DNA from: an uncultured Dialister sp.
Lineage (GTDB): Bacteria > Bacillota > Negativicutes > Veillonellales > Dialisteraceae
NCBI GenBank assembly: GCA_900545785.1
Contig: URAA01000001.1
Location: 1-55,624, forward strand
Direction of reading: 5' to 3'
Length of the DNA: 55,624 bases
In this document: positions 29,746 to 39,706 of the stretch, piece after piece
How positions within the stretch are numbered: the stretch's first letter is position 1
Layout of the letters: each line of letters begins with the position of its first letter
Notes under the pieces: model-generated
The model's input: only the letters and a program-made list of their open reading frames with translations
Told to the model about the DNA's origin: nothing
Databases searched by the model: none
Position numbers and translations under genes: made by a program

Positions 29746-31632
29746 TTATTCTTTATCCGCTTTGCTTTTTATTTGTTTGACATAGACCATGAGAACCGAC
29801 ATATCTGCCGGAGAAACACCGGAAATACGGGCAGCCTGTCCCAAAGAAAGGGGGCGCACCTTGTCCAGTTTCTGTCTTGCTTCCATGGAAATTCCTTCTA
29901 AATTCAAATAATCCATATGAGGCGGCATTTTTTCGCTTTCCATGCGGGCGGCTTTTCGGATCGCACTTTCCTGACGGGCGATATATCCTTCATATTTCAC
30001 GGTGATTTCCATTTCTTCCACCGCTTCCGGATCAAATTCTCTGCATCCGAGGACTTCCACCATTTTTTGGTAGGTCATCTCAGGGCGCTTCAGAATGCGG
30101 TCGGCGCCGATCCCCGTCGTGAGCGGTGCGGAGCCGATCGATTCCAATGCATCATTGATTTCTTTTTTCGGAGTGAATCTTTTTGTCCGGATATAGTCCA
30201 GTGCTTCTTCAAAATCGGCTTTCCGTTTCAGGAAGCGTTCATATCTTTCTTCCGTGACAAGGCCGATATCATGGCCTTTTTCGGTAAGCCGCAGATCTGC
30301 ATTATCCTGCCGGAGGATGAGCCTGTATTCGCTTCGGCTGGTCATCATACGGTAGGGCTCGTCCGTTCCCTTCGTCACCAAATCGTCGATAAGCGCTCCT
30401 ATATAGGCTTCATGACGGGCGAGGATGAACGGTTCTTTTCCCTGTATTTTGAGAGCTGCATTGATTCCCGCCATCAGTCCCTGCGCCGCCGCTTCTTCAT
30501 ATCCGCTGGTGCCGTTGGACTGTCCTGCCGAATAAAGGCCGGGGATCTTGATCATTTCCAAGGTAGGATACAATTGCAGCGGATCGAGGAGATCATACTC
30601 GATGGCATAAGCAGGGCGCATGAGTTTCACATCTTCCAGTCCGGGAATGGTCCGCAGGAAAGCATACTGCACATCGATAGGCATGGACGTGGACATTCCC
30701 TGTACATACATTTCTGTCGTATCGAGGCCTTCCGGTTCCACAAAAAGCTGATGCCTGTCCTTGTCGGCAAAGCGCATGACCTTGTCTTCGATGGAGGGGC
30801 AGTAACGAGCGCCCACGCCGTGGATTTTTCCTGCATACTTCGGCGCTCTCATGATATTATCCCTGATGATGGAATGGGTTTTTTCATTCGTATAAGTGAG
30901 CCAGCAATTTCTTTGGTTTTTATCTTCTCTTTCATTCATAAAAGAAAAAGCATGATTTTCCGGATCCCCTTCTTCCAGAATCATTTTTTCCGTATGAAGG
31001 CTTCTCATATCTACGCGGCTCGGTGTTCCCGTCTTGAAACGGAGCATCTCTATGCCGTGTTTTTTTAAATTCTCCGAAAGGCCCGTGGACGGACGCATTC
31101 CGTTGGGTCCTCCCGAATACATGGTATCCCCGATGATGATCATGCTCTCCAGATACGTCCCCGTACAAAGAATGACCGCTTTTGCCCGGTATTCTTCATC
31201 CAGTTCCGTGGTGATTCCTACGCATTTTTCATCTTCCACGATGATATCCGTGACCTGCACCTGTTTCAGATCAAGCCCCGCCGTATTTTCCACCACACTT
31301 TTCATATACCGGTGGTACGCTCCCTTGTCGGACTGGGCGCGGAGAGAATACACGGCAGGCCCTTTTCCCTGATTGAGCATGCGCATCTGAATCGCCGTCG
31401 CATCCGCAGCAATCCCCATTTCTCCGCCGAGCGCGTCTATTTCTTTCACAAGATGGCTTTTCCCCGGCCCGCCGATGGCAGGGTTGCAGGGCATCATCGC
31501 CACATTATCGAGTGAAATTGTCGTAAGGAGCGTCTTGCATCCCAGACGGGCCGCCGCAAGAGCAGCCTCGCATCCGGCATGGCCCGCACCGACAACAATC
31601 ACATCATAAGTATCAATAAGATACATGTACAT
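29746..31632 (-). CDS. mnmG: tRNA uridine 5-carboxymethylaminomethyl modification enzyme
   Basis: VGAGHAGCEAA, MPCNPAIGG, RFKTGT, RYCPSIEDK, GQSNGTSGYEEAAAQG and PYRMMTSRSEYRL. Confidence 0.98.
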   Translation of the reverse strand: MYMYLIDTYDVIVVGAGHAGCEAALAAARLGCKTLLTTISLDNVAMMPCNPAIGGPGKSHLVKEIDALGGEMGIAADATAIQMRMLNQGKGPAVYSLRAQSDKGAYHRYMKSVVENTAGLDLKQVQVTDIIVEDEKCVGITTELDEEYRAKAVILCTGTYLESMIIIGDTMYSGGPNGMRPSTGLSENLKKHGIEMLRFKTGTPSRVDMRSLHTEKMILEEGDPENHAFSFMNEREDKNQRNCWLTYTNEKTHSIIRDNIMRAPKYAGKIHGVGARYCPSIEDKVMRFADKDRHQLFVEPEGLDTTEMYVQGMSTSMPIDVQYAFLRTIPGLEDVKLMRPAYAIEYDLLDPLQLYPTLEMIKIPGLYSAGQSNGTSGYEEAAAQGLMAGINAALKIQGKEPFILARHEAYIGALIDDLVTKGTDEPYRMMTSRSEYRLILRQDNADLRLTEKGHDIGLVTEERYERFLKRKADFEEALDYIRTKRFTPKKEINDALESIGSAPLTTGIGADRILKRPEMTYQKMVEVLGCREFDPEAVEEMEITVKYEGYIARQESAIRKAARMESEKMPPHMDYLNLEGISMEARQKLDKVRPLSLGQAARISGVSPADMSVLMVYVKQIKSKADKE

Positions 31633-31841
31633 CCTTCTTTCCTTTATATCGCAAATTTTTCTTTTGAATCTGCAAGCATATCATATTTTTTCAATCTACA
31701 TATTATATAAGATTTCAATTATTTTTTCAAAAAGAAATTTCTCTTTCTCCCGAGGATTTTCTTTTTACGGATCATTCGTTTTTATAACAAATCATAAGTC
31801 GGCTTTCCGTTTTTATTTTTGATGGTATATATAATTAGTCA

Positions 31842-31922
31842 TTTTAGGTGTTCCGATATTAATTATTTACATAAACTAAATTATATGGTAATATATCGAA
31901 ATAACGGTGAGTATCACTGTTA
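31842..31922. promoter_or_regulatory. Probable metalloregulator operator region of the Mn/Zn ABC operon
   Basis: Near-palindrome TAACGGTGAGTATCACTGTTA (31902-31922) and DtxR/MntR-like half sites (TTTAGG.., ..CTAAA) upstream. Confidence 0.35.
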
Positions 31923-31964
31923 ACTCTTATATTTTATCTGTTGTTATGTAAAGGAGAACAAACA

Positions 31965-32915
31965 ATGTTCAAAAAAATATTTTTCCTCTTATGTATTCCC
32001 CTCCTTATTTGGGGAGCTGTTTCTTCCATGACCGGCTGCAGTACATTTTCAAAATCTTTCCCCGGAAAGTCGGAGAAACTGAATGTGGTGGCTACCACCA
32101 CCATGCTCGCCGATCTGGCAAAAGAAATCGGCGGAGACAAAGTCGACGTATACGGTCTTATGAAAGCAGGCGTGGATCCGCACCTGTATCAGGCAGGCGC
32201 CGGTGATGTGGACTCCATGAACCGGGCAGATGTGGTTGTTTACAACGGAATTCATCTGGAAGGCAAAATGGGATCCGTTTTTGACAATCTTTATAAGAAT
32301 AACAAGTCTGTGATCCGAGTGAGCGACGGTATCGACGAATCGGAACTTCTTGATTTTGAAGAAGACGGGGAAATGACAAAAGATCCTCATATCTGGTTTT
32401 CCGTCAATCATTGGAAAAAAGCGGCTGCCGAAGTGGCAAAAGGATTTGCCGAAAAAGATCCCAAAAATAAAGAGTATTACGAAACCAATAAAAATTCTTA
32501 TCTGGCACGGCTCGATGCTCTTGATGAAGAAATAAAAAAAGAAGTCGCTTCCGTTCCTGAAAATTCCCGAATTCTCATCACCGCTCATGATGCTTTCTCT
32601 TATTTTGCAAAAGATTACGGTTTTGAAGTCAAAGGAATCCAAGGAATCAGTACCGCCTCCGAAGCAGCCTCTTCCGATATCAGCGAGCTTGCCCGTTTCA
32701 TCATTCAGCACAGGATCAAAGCTGTTTTTGTAGAATCTTCCGTTCCTCATAAAACGATAGAAGCCCTTCAGGACGCCGTCAGGGCAGGCGGTTTTGAAGT
32801 TGCCGTCGGCGGCGAACTTTATTCCGACTCCCTCGGCGATGAAAAATCCGAAGAAGGAACGTATATCGGCATGTACCGCCATAATATCAAAACCATTGCA
32901 GGTGCTCTCCGGTGA
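31965..32915 (+). CDS. Mn/Zn/Fe ABC transporter substrate-binding lipoprotein (TroA/MntA family)
   Basis: GVDPHLY, DPHIWF, TAHDAFSYF and LYSDSLG; lipobox MTGC. Confidence 0.92.
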   Translation: MFKKIFFLLCIPLLIWGAVSSMTGCSTFSKSFPGKSEKLNVVATTTMLADLAKEIGGDKVDVYGLMKAGVDPHLYQAGAGDVDSMNRADVVVYNGIHLEGKMGSVFDNLYKNNKSVIRVSDGIDESELLDFEEDGEMTKDPHIWFSVNHWKKAAAEVAKGFAEKDPKNKEYYETNKNSYLARLDALDEEIKKEVASVPENSRILITAHDAFSYFAKDYGFEVKGIQGISTASEAASSDISELARFIIQHRIKAVFVESSVPHKTIEALQDAVRAGGFEVAVGGELYSDSLGDEKSEEGTYIGMYRHNIKTIAGALR

Positions 32916-32988
32916 TACTTCTTTACCGAAGGGAGTGCGGAATTTTTCCCAATCATTTCTTTTGGAATTTTTTAAATGAGTGTCCTTT

Positions 32989-33732
32989 ATGAAAAATATC
33001 ATCGAATTACAACATATCACCGCCGCCTATGAAGGCAGTCCCGTCCTGGAGGATATCAATTTGCATATTCCCCCGGGCGTGCTCATGGGCATCATCGGTC
33101 CCAACGGTGCAGGCAAGTCTACACTGCTGAAAGTCATCTTGAATCTGCTTTCTCCCCTTTCGGGAACACTTCGTTTTTCAATCGGCGGAGAAACGGATCC
33201 GAAAAGAGCAAGGAAAAAAATCGCTTATGTACCGCAAAGCAGCTCGGTCAACCGAGATTTTCCCGCCACCGTTTCAGATATCGTCCTCATGGGACGGTAC
33301 GGGCATATCGGCTGGTGCCGCCGCCCCGGCAGGAGGGACAGGATGATTGCAAAAGAAATGCTCTTTCAAGTGGGCATGGAAGAATATGAAAAGCGACATC
33401 TCGATGAATTGTCCGGCGGCCAGCAACAGCGTGTATTTCTTGCCCGTGCGTTGGCGGAAGAGGCTGAAGTCTACCTCCTTGACGAACCTTTCAAAGGGGT
33501 GGATGCCATGACGGAAAAAGACATCCTTGCTCTTCTGCGGAAACGGCGGGATCGGGGAGAAACGGTCATCGTTGTCCATCATGCCCTGCAAACGGTTCCC
33601 GAATATTTCGACAGAGCTGTTTTGATCAACCGCCGCCTTGTTGCAGAGGGCCCCGTGAAAGATGTTTTCACTTCGGAAAATATAGAAAAGACATTTTTCC
33701 CCGCCGGAGAGGAAACCCCGTCATGGACATAA
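32989..33732 (+). CDS. Metal ABC transporter ATP-binding protein (TroB/MntB family)
   Basis: GPNGAGKST, LSGGQQQRV and LLDEPF. Confidence 0.93.
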   Translation: MKNIIELQHITAAYEGSPVLEDINLHIPPGVLMGIIGPNGAGKSTLLKVILNLLSPLSGTLRFSIGGETDPKRARKKIAYVPQSSSVNRDFPATVSDIVLMGRYGHIGWCRRPGRRDRMIAKEMLFQVGMEEYEKRHLDELSGGQQQRVFLARALAEEAEVYLLDEPFKGVDAMTEKDILALLRKRRDRGETVIVVHHALQTVPEYFDRAVLINRRLVAEGPVKDVFTSENIEKTFFPAGEETPSWT

Positions 33733-34631
33733 TCAATTCTCCCCTCTGGAAAGACTATACCTTCCAAGTCGTACTGGCAGGCACCGTGTCGTTGGGAATT
33801 CTCTGCGGCATCCTCGGTTCTTTTATCGTCCTTCGAAGAGAGGCTCTCTTAGGCGACGGCATCGCACATTCCGCCTACCCCGGCATTATGGCGGCGTTTC
33901 TATTCTCCGGTGTCAAAACATTGGAAGGCCTGCTTCTCGGCGCTTTTATTTCCGCCCTCATTGCCGCAGGGCTGATTCTTGCAGCCAGACATTATACTTC
34001 TCTTCCCTTTGACGGCATTCTTGCTTCCCTGCTTTCCGGATTTTTCGGAACGGGACTTGTTCTTGCCTCCATCATAGGCCGTTCGGGAAATGCGGGACAG
34101 GCGGGACTCAGCCGGTTTATTTTCGGACAGGCTTCCACGATTCTCTATCGCGACGTGGTGATCACCCTTTTCTTGTCGGCCCTCATTCTCTTCCTTGTAT
34201 TTCTCTTTTGGAAAGAATTGAAATTGGCAGCCTTTGATCCCGCCTATGGAGTCACTCTCGGCTTTTCTGAAAAGAAACTTCATATTCTTCTTTTCTTCCT
34301 CACCACGGGAACGGTTCTTCTTTCCCTGCAGGCCGTCGGAATCATACTGATGAGCGCCCTCCTCATTGCCCCTGCCGTTGCCGCCCGTCAGTGGACGGCC
34401 CGTCTGGAAGGAATGGTCTTTTTATCCGCCCTCATCGGTGCCCTTTCCGCCGCTGCAGGAACCGCGGCCAGTTCCGGTATTTCAAAAATGCCTGCCGGCC
34501 CTGCCATTGTGACGGCCGCCTCCTTCTTCGTTGCGATAAGCCTTCTTTTTGCTCCGAAGAAAGGAATCCTGATTCGCCGTTTCCGCCGGAAAAAACAGCA
34601 AATGCTCATTGCAGAAAGAAAACGCTCATGA
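33723..34631 (+). CDS. Metal ABC transporter permease (TroC family)
   Basis: LLGDGIAHSAYPG, FDP and LLIAPAVAARQWT (ABC-3 pattern). Confidence 0.92.
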   Translation: MDIINSPLWKDYTFQVVLAGTVSLGILCGILGSFIVLRREALLGDGIAHSAYPGIMAAFLFSGVKTLEGLLLGAFISALIAAGLILAARHYTSLPFDGILASLLSGFFGTGLVLASIIGRSGNAGQAGLSRFIFGQASTILYRDVVITLFLSALILFLVFLFWKELKLAAFDPAYGVTLGFSEKKLHILLFFLTTGTVLLSLQAVGIILMSALLIAPAVAARQWTARLEGMVFLSALIGALSAAAGTAASSGISKMPAGPAIVTAASFFVAISLLFAPKKGILIRRFRRKKQQMLIAERKRS

Positions 34632-35548
34632 ATTCTTTTATCGATATTTTCCTGATTGCTCTTTTTACCTCCCTTTCCTGCGCCGTCTCGGGAAATTTTC
34701 TCCTTCTCCGCCGCATGTCGATGATTGCCGATGCCATCAGCCACACCGTGCTTTTGGGAATCGTAACGGCTTTTTTTATCGCAGGAAATCTTGATTCGCC
34801 CCTCCTTATCGCGGGAGCCGCCATGACCGGCGTTTTCACTGTCTGGCTCATCGAAACGCTGTGCCGTAAAAATCTCATGGCCCCCGATGCAGCCATCGGA
34901 ATTATATTTCCCCTCCTCTTCAGCATCGCCGTCATTTTGATCACCCGCTATGCCTCTCATGTCCATATCGATGCGGACTGCATCATCGAAGGAGAATTGG
35001 CTTTTGCTCCTTTCGACCGCCTTGTGATTGACGGCGTCGATTACGGTGCCAAAGGGTTATATACAGGGGGCGGGATGTTTCTTTTCACCGCTTCCGTCAT
35101 TGCTCTTTTCTACAAAGAGTTTGCCCTATCCTCTTTTGATCCCATTTTTGCAGAAATAGCGGGATTTTCACCGATGACGATCCATTACGGCCTTATGAGT
35201 CTCGTTTCTCTCGTGATCGTCACTGCTTTCCACTCCGTCGGATCCGTTTTGGTGATCGCTTTCCTGATCATTCCCGCCATGACCGCCTCGCTCTGGACAA
35301 GAACGTTGTCATCAAGGATTTTTCTGAGCTGCTTCATCGGTGCTGCCGGAGCTCTTTCGGGAATCGCCGGCGCCATATACGGAGATACTTCTCTTGCAGG
35401 AATGATGGCAGCCTTTCTCTGCCTTTTCTTTCTTATATCTCTCTTCCTTTCCCCGTCAGCAGGCTTTCTTGCCGCATGGCGGAGACGGAGAAAACAAAAA
35501 CATCGTCTCTTACAGTCAATTGATACGGGAAACGGCAGGCCTCTTTGA
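34628..35548 (+). CDS. Metal ABC transporter permease (TroD family)
   Basis: ADAISHTVLLG, GELAFAPF and VGSVLV; ATG at 34628 overlaps the previous stop. Confidence 0.9.
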   Translation: MNSFIDIFLIALFTSLSCAVSGNFLLLRRMSMIADAISHTVLLGIVTAFFIAGNLDSPLLIAGAAMTGVFTVWLIETLCRKNLMAPDAAIGIIFPLLFSIAVILITRYASHVHIDADCIIEGELAFAPFDRLVIDGVDYGAKGLYTGGGMFLFTASVIALFYKEFALSSFDPIFAEIAGFSPMTIHYGLMSLVSLVIVTAFHSVGSVLVIAFLIIPAMTASLWTRTLSSRIFLSCFIGAAGALSGIAGAIYGDTSLAGMMAAFLCLFFLISLFLSPSAGFLAAWRRRRKQKHRLLQSIDTGNGRPL

Positions 35549-35632
35549 AAATGAAAAAGCATTTCAACCTTTTCGGGAAGAAATGCTTTTTTCATGCACG
35601 GTAAATTATTTCTTTTGCCTGCAACACGGAAT

Positions 35633-37285
35633 TTACAGGGACACGTCTCTTTTTCCCGTGACTTTATAGAAGATGAGGAGAGACAAGACGGAAGTGACGG
35701 TGAGGACCGTTGCATAGGCGGAAGCATTTCCGTAATTTCCCCGGATGACTTCCGTATAAATGGAGACCGTCAGTGTCTGGGTGCTGTTGGTGTATAAGAT
35801 GATGGACGATGACAATTCGCTGATGATCGTCACCCAGCTCATGATCGCTCCCGAAAGAACGCCGGGCATCATCATGGGAACGGTGATTTTACGGAAAACC
35901 GTCATTTCCGATGCACCGAGAGATCGGGCCGCTTCTTCGATACCGGGGCTGATATTTCCCAAAACGGCAGTGGAAGAACGGACGGTGTAGGGCATGCGGC
36001 GGACCGCAAAGGAAATGATCATGATCAGCGCCGTTCCCGTCAGTATGATCGGTGACTTATTGAAAGCAAAGACGAAAGCGATACCGAGGACGGATCCGGG
36101 AATAATGAAGGGAAACATGGTGACCACGTCGAGTACGCTGTTTAAAGTATTTCTTTTCCGTACCGACAGATAGGCGATCACCACGCCGAGAACGACGACG
36201 ACGGCAATGGCGCAGAGGCCGAGGAAATAAGTATGCCAGATGACGTCGCTGTCTTTGGAGAGAAGAACATTTTCATAACTTTCAAGAGAGAAGCCGCCTG
36301 TAAAAACCTGTCCTCCCTTTGTGGCAAGAAAGGATGTATAAATAACGGTGAACTGGGGCAGAACCGCAAGGCCTGCCGTCAGATAGACTGCCAGATGAGC
36401 CGCTATATTTCTGAGCCCTTTTTCTTTTTCCGCTTTCATCGGTTTCAGTGCCGTCATGGCATAGCTGCTTCTTCTTGCAATGAAACGTTGGATGAAAAAC
36501 ATGACGATGGTGAGGCTGATGACGATACAGCAGATGGCGGCGGCAAATCCGTCATCGCCGGACACTTCTCCCATGAACTGGTTATAAATCAGGACGGGAA
36601 GAGTCTGATATCCTTCCCCGATCAGCATGGGCGTTCCGAAATCGGCAAATACCCGCATGAACACAAGCATGGAACTTGCCAGAAGCGCAGGCATCACGAG
36701 AGGAATGATGATTTTCCAAATCCGCCCGCTCCTGCTGCAGCCCAGACTTTCCGCCGCTTCGTTCAAAGAATTGTCCAGATTTTTGAGCGCCCCCGATATA
36801 TAGATGTAGACCAAGGGAAATGACTGGAGGGTGAAAACGAGGACGATCCCGGCAAATCCGTAGACGCCGCCGTAGTGTATACCGAAAATTTCATTGATGT
36901 ACTGCGTGATGACGCCGTTTCTGCCGAGCATCTGTATCCATGCGTAAGCGCCGATGAATGGCGGTGACAGATAGGAAATGACGATCAGAATATTGATAAG
37001 GCCGCTTCCCCTGATTTTCACCCGTCCCATGAGGTACGCCAGAGGAAGGCCCAGTGCGGCGGAAAGGATCGTCGATACCACGGTCACTTTCAGCGAATTG
37101 ATCATGGTGCCCCAGTAAAATTTTTTAGCGAAAAAGCGGGTGAAATTTTCCAATGTGAAAGCCCCCGTATCTCCGCTGATGACGCTCTTGTAAAGAATAA
37201 GAAAGAGGGGATACATGATAAAAAGCGCAAAAGCCGCCAATATCACAATACTTGCCAGCTGCCAGACGGTCAGTTTGTTTTTCAT
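35633..37285 (-). CDS. Fe3+-type (FbpB/AfuB family) ABC transporter permease
   Basis: Two EAA motifs (EAAESLG, EAARSLGA) and DFGTP; ATG at 37285 overlaps the ATPase stop. Confidence 0.88.
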   Translation of the reverse strand: MKNKLTVWQLASIVILAAFALFIMYPLFLILYKSVISGDTGAFTLENFTRFFAKKFYWGTMINSLKVTVVSTILSAALGLPLAYLMGRVKIRGSGLINILIVISYLSPPFIGAYAWIQMLGRNGVITQYINEIFGIHYGGVYGFAGIVLVFTLQSFPLVYIYISGALKNLDNSLNEAAESLGCSRSGRIWKIIIPLVMPALLASSMLVFMRVFADFGTPMLIGEGYQTLPVLIYNQFMGEVSGDDGFAAAICCIVISLTIVMFFIQRFIARRSSYAMTALKPMKAEKEKGLRNIAAHLAVYLTAGLAVLPQFTVIYTSFLATKGGQVFTGGFSLESYENVLLSKDSDVIWHTYFLGLCAIAVVVVLGVVIAYLSVRKRNTLNSVLDVVTMFPFIIPGSVLGIAFVFAFNKSPIILTGTALIMIISFAVRRMPYTVRSSTAVLGNISPGIEEAARSLGASEMTVFRKITVPMMMPGVLSGAIMSWVTIISELSSSIILYTNSTQTLTVSIYTEVIRGNYGNASAYATVLTVTSVLSLLIFYKVTGKRDVSL

Positions 37286-38364
37286 AATTCTTCCCCTTTG
37301 ATCAAAGTTTCCTCGCCGTCTTTGCGGAATACATTGATGCATTTTTCTTTCACCGTCAGAGCCACTGCCGTTCCTTCGGGAAGAATTTCTTCCGCTTCCG
37401 TCTGAAGGACTTCCACGACTTTTTCTCCGATTTTCACGAAATAATGAGTGGAGAGGCCGAGGAAAACCGACGACTCGATCACGCCGTGAAGCCCTTCTCC
37501 GTCACCCTTGTTCATGATAAATTCTTCGGGACGGACGGAAATAATGACTTCTCCTTCTTTTTCCTCTTCTTTAAGGTTGCTTAAGGAAACGGAATAATCT
37601 CCGTCATTGAAAATGATTTGATTTCCTTTCCTGACTCCTCCGAGCAGGTTGGAAAGACCGATGAAGGTGGAAACGAAAACATTCTGCGGCCTTTTATAAA
37701 TATCCTGAGGTTTTCCTATCTGCTGAATCACGCCGCCGTTCATGACGGCAATGCGGTCGGAGATGGCAAGGGCTTCTTCCTGATCATGGGTCACATAGAC
37801 GGTGGTGATGTTCACCTGCCGCTGGATCTGACGGATCGCATTTCTCATCTCGATCCGCAGTTTCGCATCCAAGTTGGACAGCGGTTCGTCCATGAGAAGA
37901 ACTTCGGGGCGTATGACGATGGCTCTTGCGAGCGCCACCCGCTGCTGCTGTCCTCCCGAAAGTTCCGCAGGCATTCTGTCTTTTAAATGATCGATTTTGA
38001 CCACTTTCAAGATTTCTTCCACCCGTTCTTCCGCTTCCTTTTCGGGCACTTTCCGCATCTTTAGGCCGAAAGCAACATTATCCCGTACCGACATATGGGG
38101 AAAAATGGCATAATTTTGGAAGACCATGCCCATATTTCTTTTGTCGGGAGGAATATCGTTCACCGCCTGTTCTCCTACGTAAATGGTACCGCCTTCAATG
38201 GAATTGAAACCGATAATCATGCGGAGCAGCGTGGTTTTTCCGCAGCCCGACGGCCCTAAAAGAGTGAAAAACTCCCCTTCCCGGATATCTAAAGACAGTC
38301 CGTTTATCACCGCCGTATCGCCGTATTTTTTTACCACCTTGTCCACTCGGATAGAAACACTCAT
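37282..38364 (-). CDS. ABC transporter ATP-binding protein (FbpC/PotA family)
   Basis: GPSGCGKTT, LSGGQQQRVALAR, DEPLSNLDAKLR and VTHDQEEA. Confidence 0.93.
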   Translation of the reverse strand: MSVSIRVDKVVKKYGDTAVINGLSLDIREGEFFTLLGPSGCGKTTLLRMIIGFNSIEGGTIYVGEQAVNDIPPDKRNMGMVFQNYAIFPHMSVRDNVAFGLKMRKVPEKEAEERVEEILKVVKIDHLKDRMPAELSGGQQQRVALARAIVIRPEVLLMDEPLSNLDAKLRIEMRNAIRQIQRQVNITTVYVTHDQEEALAISDRIAVMNGGVIQQIGKPQDIYKRPQNVFVSTFIGLSNLLGGVRKGNQIIFNDGDYSVSLSNLKEEEKEGEVIISVRPEEFIMNKGDGEGLHGVIESSVFLGLSTHYFVKIGEKVVEVLQTEAEEILPEGTAVALTVKEKCINVFRKDGEETLIKGEEL

Positions 38365-38413
38365 TATATTCTCCTTTAAAAGTCAGATTTCCTGCTGCGG
38401 AAGTCCCGTCCAA

Positions 38414-39472
38414 TCACTGGCGGGAATTTTCCAGATGTTTATTCCATTCCGCTACGATTTCTTTCTTATGTGCCGATACCCAGCCTTCATCATAATTCGG
38501 GAAAAGAACAATCTGATCCTGAGGCGTCATATAGTCGGCAAGAACCGCACCTTTGCGGAGAGGACGGACGGTCAGTGTTTTTCCTGCTTCGTCCTGAATC
38601 TTTTTGGATAACATGAAATCGATGAATTTTTTCGCATTTTCACTGTGTTTTGCCCCTTTGATGATCTGTACCGATTCGCCGGGGAAAATGGCTCCTTCCT
38701 TCGGGAATACCACTGCCACATCGGCACCGTTCTTTACATAGGTCGCCGCCGGATCTTCCCAAGTGAGGCCCACTGTATATTCTCCGTCAGCCGCACCCTT
38801 ATGGACGGCGCCGGAACTGTTCAGGAATTTTCCGTCCAGATTTTTGATGAAATTATCCACATACGCCCATGCTTCGGGAGAGAGGGGATCCCCGTTCTTG
38901 CCGTTTGCATAAAGCATCGCCATGAGGGACTGGAAAGCGGAGCTTGAATTGGCAGGATCGCCGAAAGCAATCTTTCCTTTCAATTCCGGATTCAGCAGGT
39001 CTGCAAAACTTTCTATCTTTATGTCCCCTGCCAGTCTTTTATTGACGATAAATACCGTCGGATCTGCAAAAGCAGGAGAGAAATACCCCGTCTTATTTTT
39101 TGCGGAATCGATCATATTGTCATTTTCGGGAGACACATATTTTTCAAAAAGTTCTTTCTGCGATTCCAGCATCGTCTGATCCGCTGCCCAGAGAATATCC
39201 CCCTGAGGATTGTCTTTTTCGGAAGCCACCCTTTTAACGAGCGGGCCCGTGCCTGCGACGATCATATTGACTTTGATGCCCGTTTCTTTTTCAAAAGCGG
39301 GAATGACCAGATTATTCAGACTTTCACTCCGTGCGGTATAAACGGTAAGCACCTTTTCTTCCGCCGCTTTCGGGGCATTTTCTTTTTTCTCGCCGCCGCA
39401 GCCTGAAATTCCTGCCGCAAGAACGGCAGCGCAGGTCATCAGCAGAACGGCTCTTTTCAAATTTTTCATCAT
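38414..39472 (-). CDS. ABC transporter substrate-binding lipoprotein (AfuA/FbpA family)
   Basis: Lipobox ISGC, GTG..V.R, DLLNPELKGKIA..DP..SSSA and AKKFIDFMLS. Confidence 0.88.
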   Translation of the reverse strand: MMKNLKRAVLLMTCAAVLAAGISGCGGEKKENAPKAAEEKVLTVYTARSESLNNLVIPAFEKETGIKVNMIVAGTGPLVKRVASEKDNPQGDILWAADQTMLESQKELFEKYVSPENDNMIDSAKNKTGYFSPAFADPTVFIVNKRLAGDIKIESFADLLNPELKGKIAFGDPANSSSAFQSLMAMLYANGKNGDPLSPEAWAYVDNFIKNLDGKFLNSSGAVHKGAADGEYTVGLTWEDPAATYVKNGADVAVVFPKEGAIFPGESVQIIKGAKHSENAKKFIDFMLSKKIQDEAGKTLTVRPLRKGAVLADYMTPQDQIVLFPNYDEGWVSAHKKEIVAEWNKHLENSRQ

Positions 39473-39706
39473 AAACCTCCCTGAACGGTTAAAATATATT
39501 TTTGCAATCAAATGTATTGTAACATGATTCACGCCATTATCAATATCATATAAATACTATGTATAGATTTTGTAAATTTCTATCTTAAATAGTTATCATT
39601 CTTTTATTTAATCTTTCTTGTTTTATAATGTGACCTTTTCAATCACTTTCTCGGAAAATAAAAACGCCCGTCCCGAAAGACAGAGCGTATTTTTTGTATA
39701 TGCCGC

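Noticed and set aside
29917..31068. 383-aa plus-strand ORF
   Set aside because: Antisense shadow of mnmG; Phe/His-rich composition with no motifs
32049..33020. 323-aa minus-strand ORF
   Set aside because: Antisense shadow of the TroA-like gene
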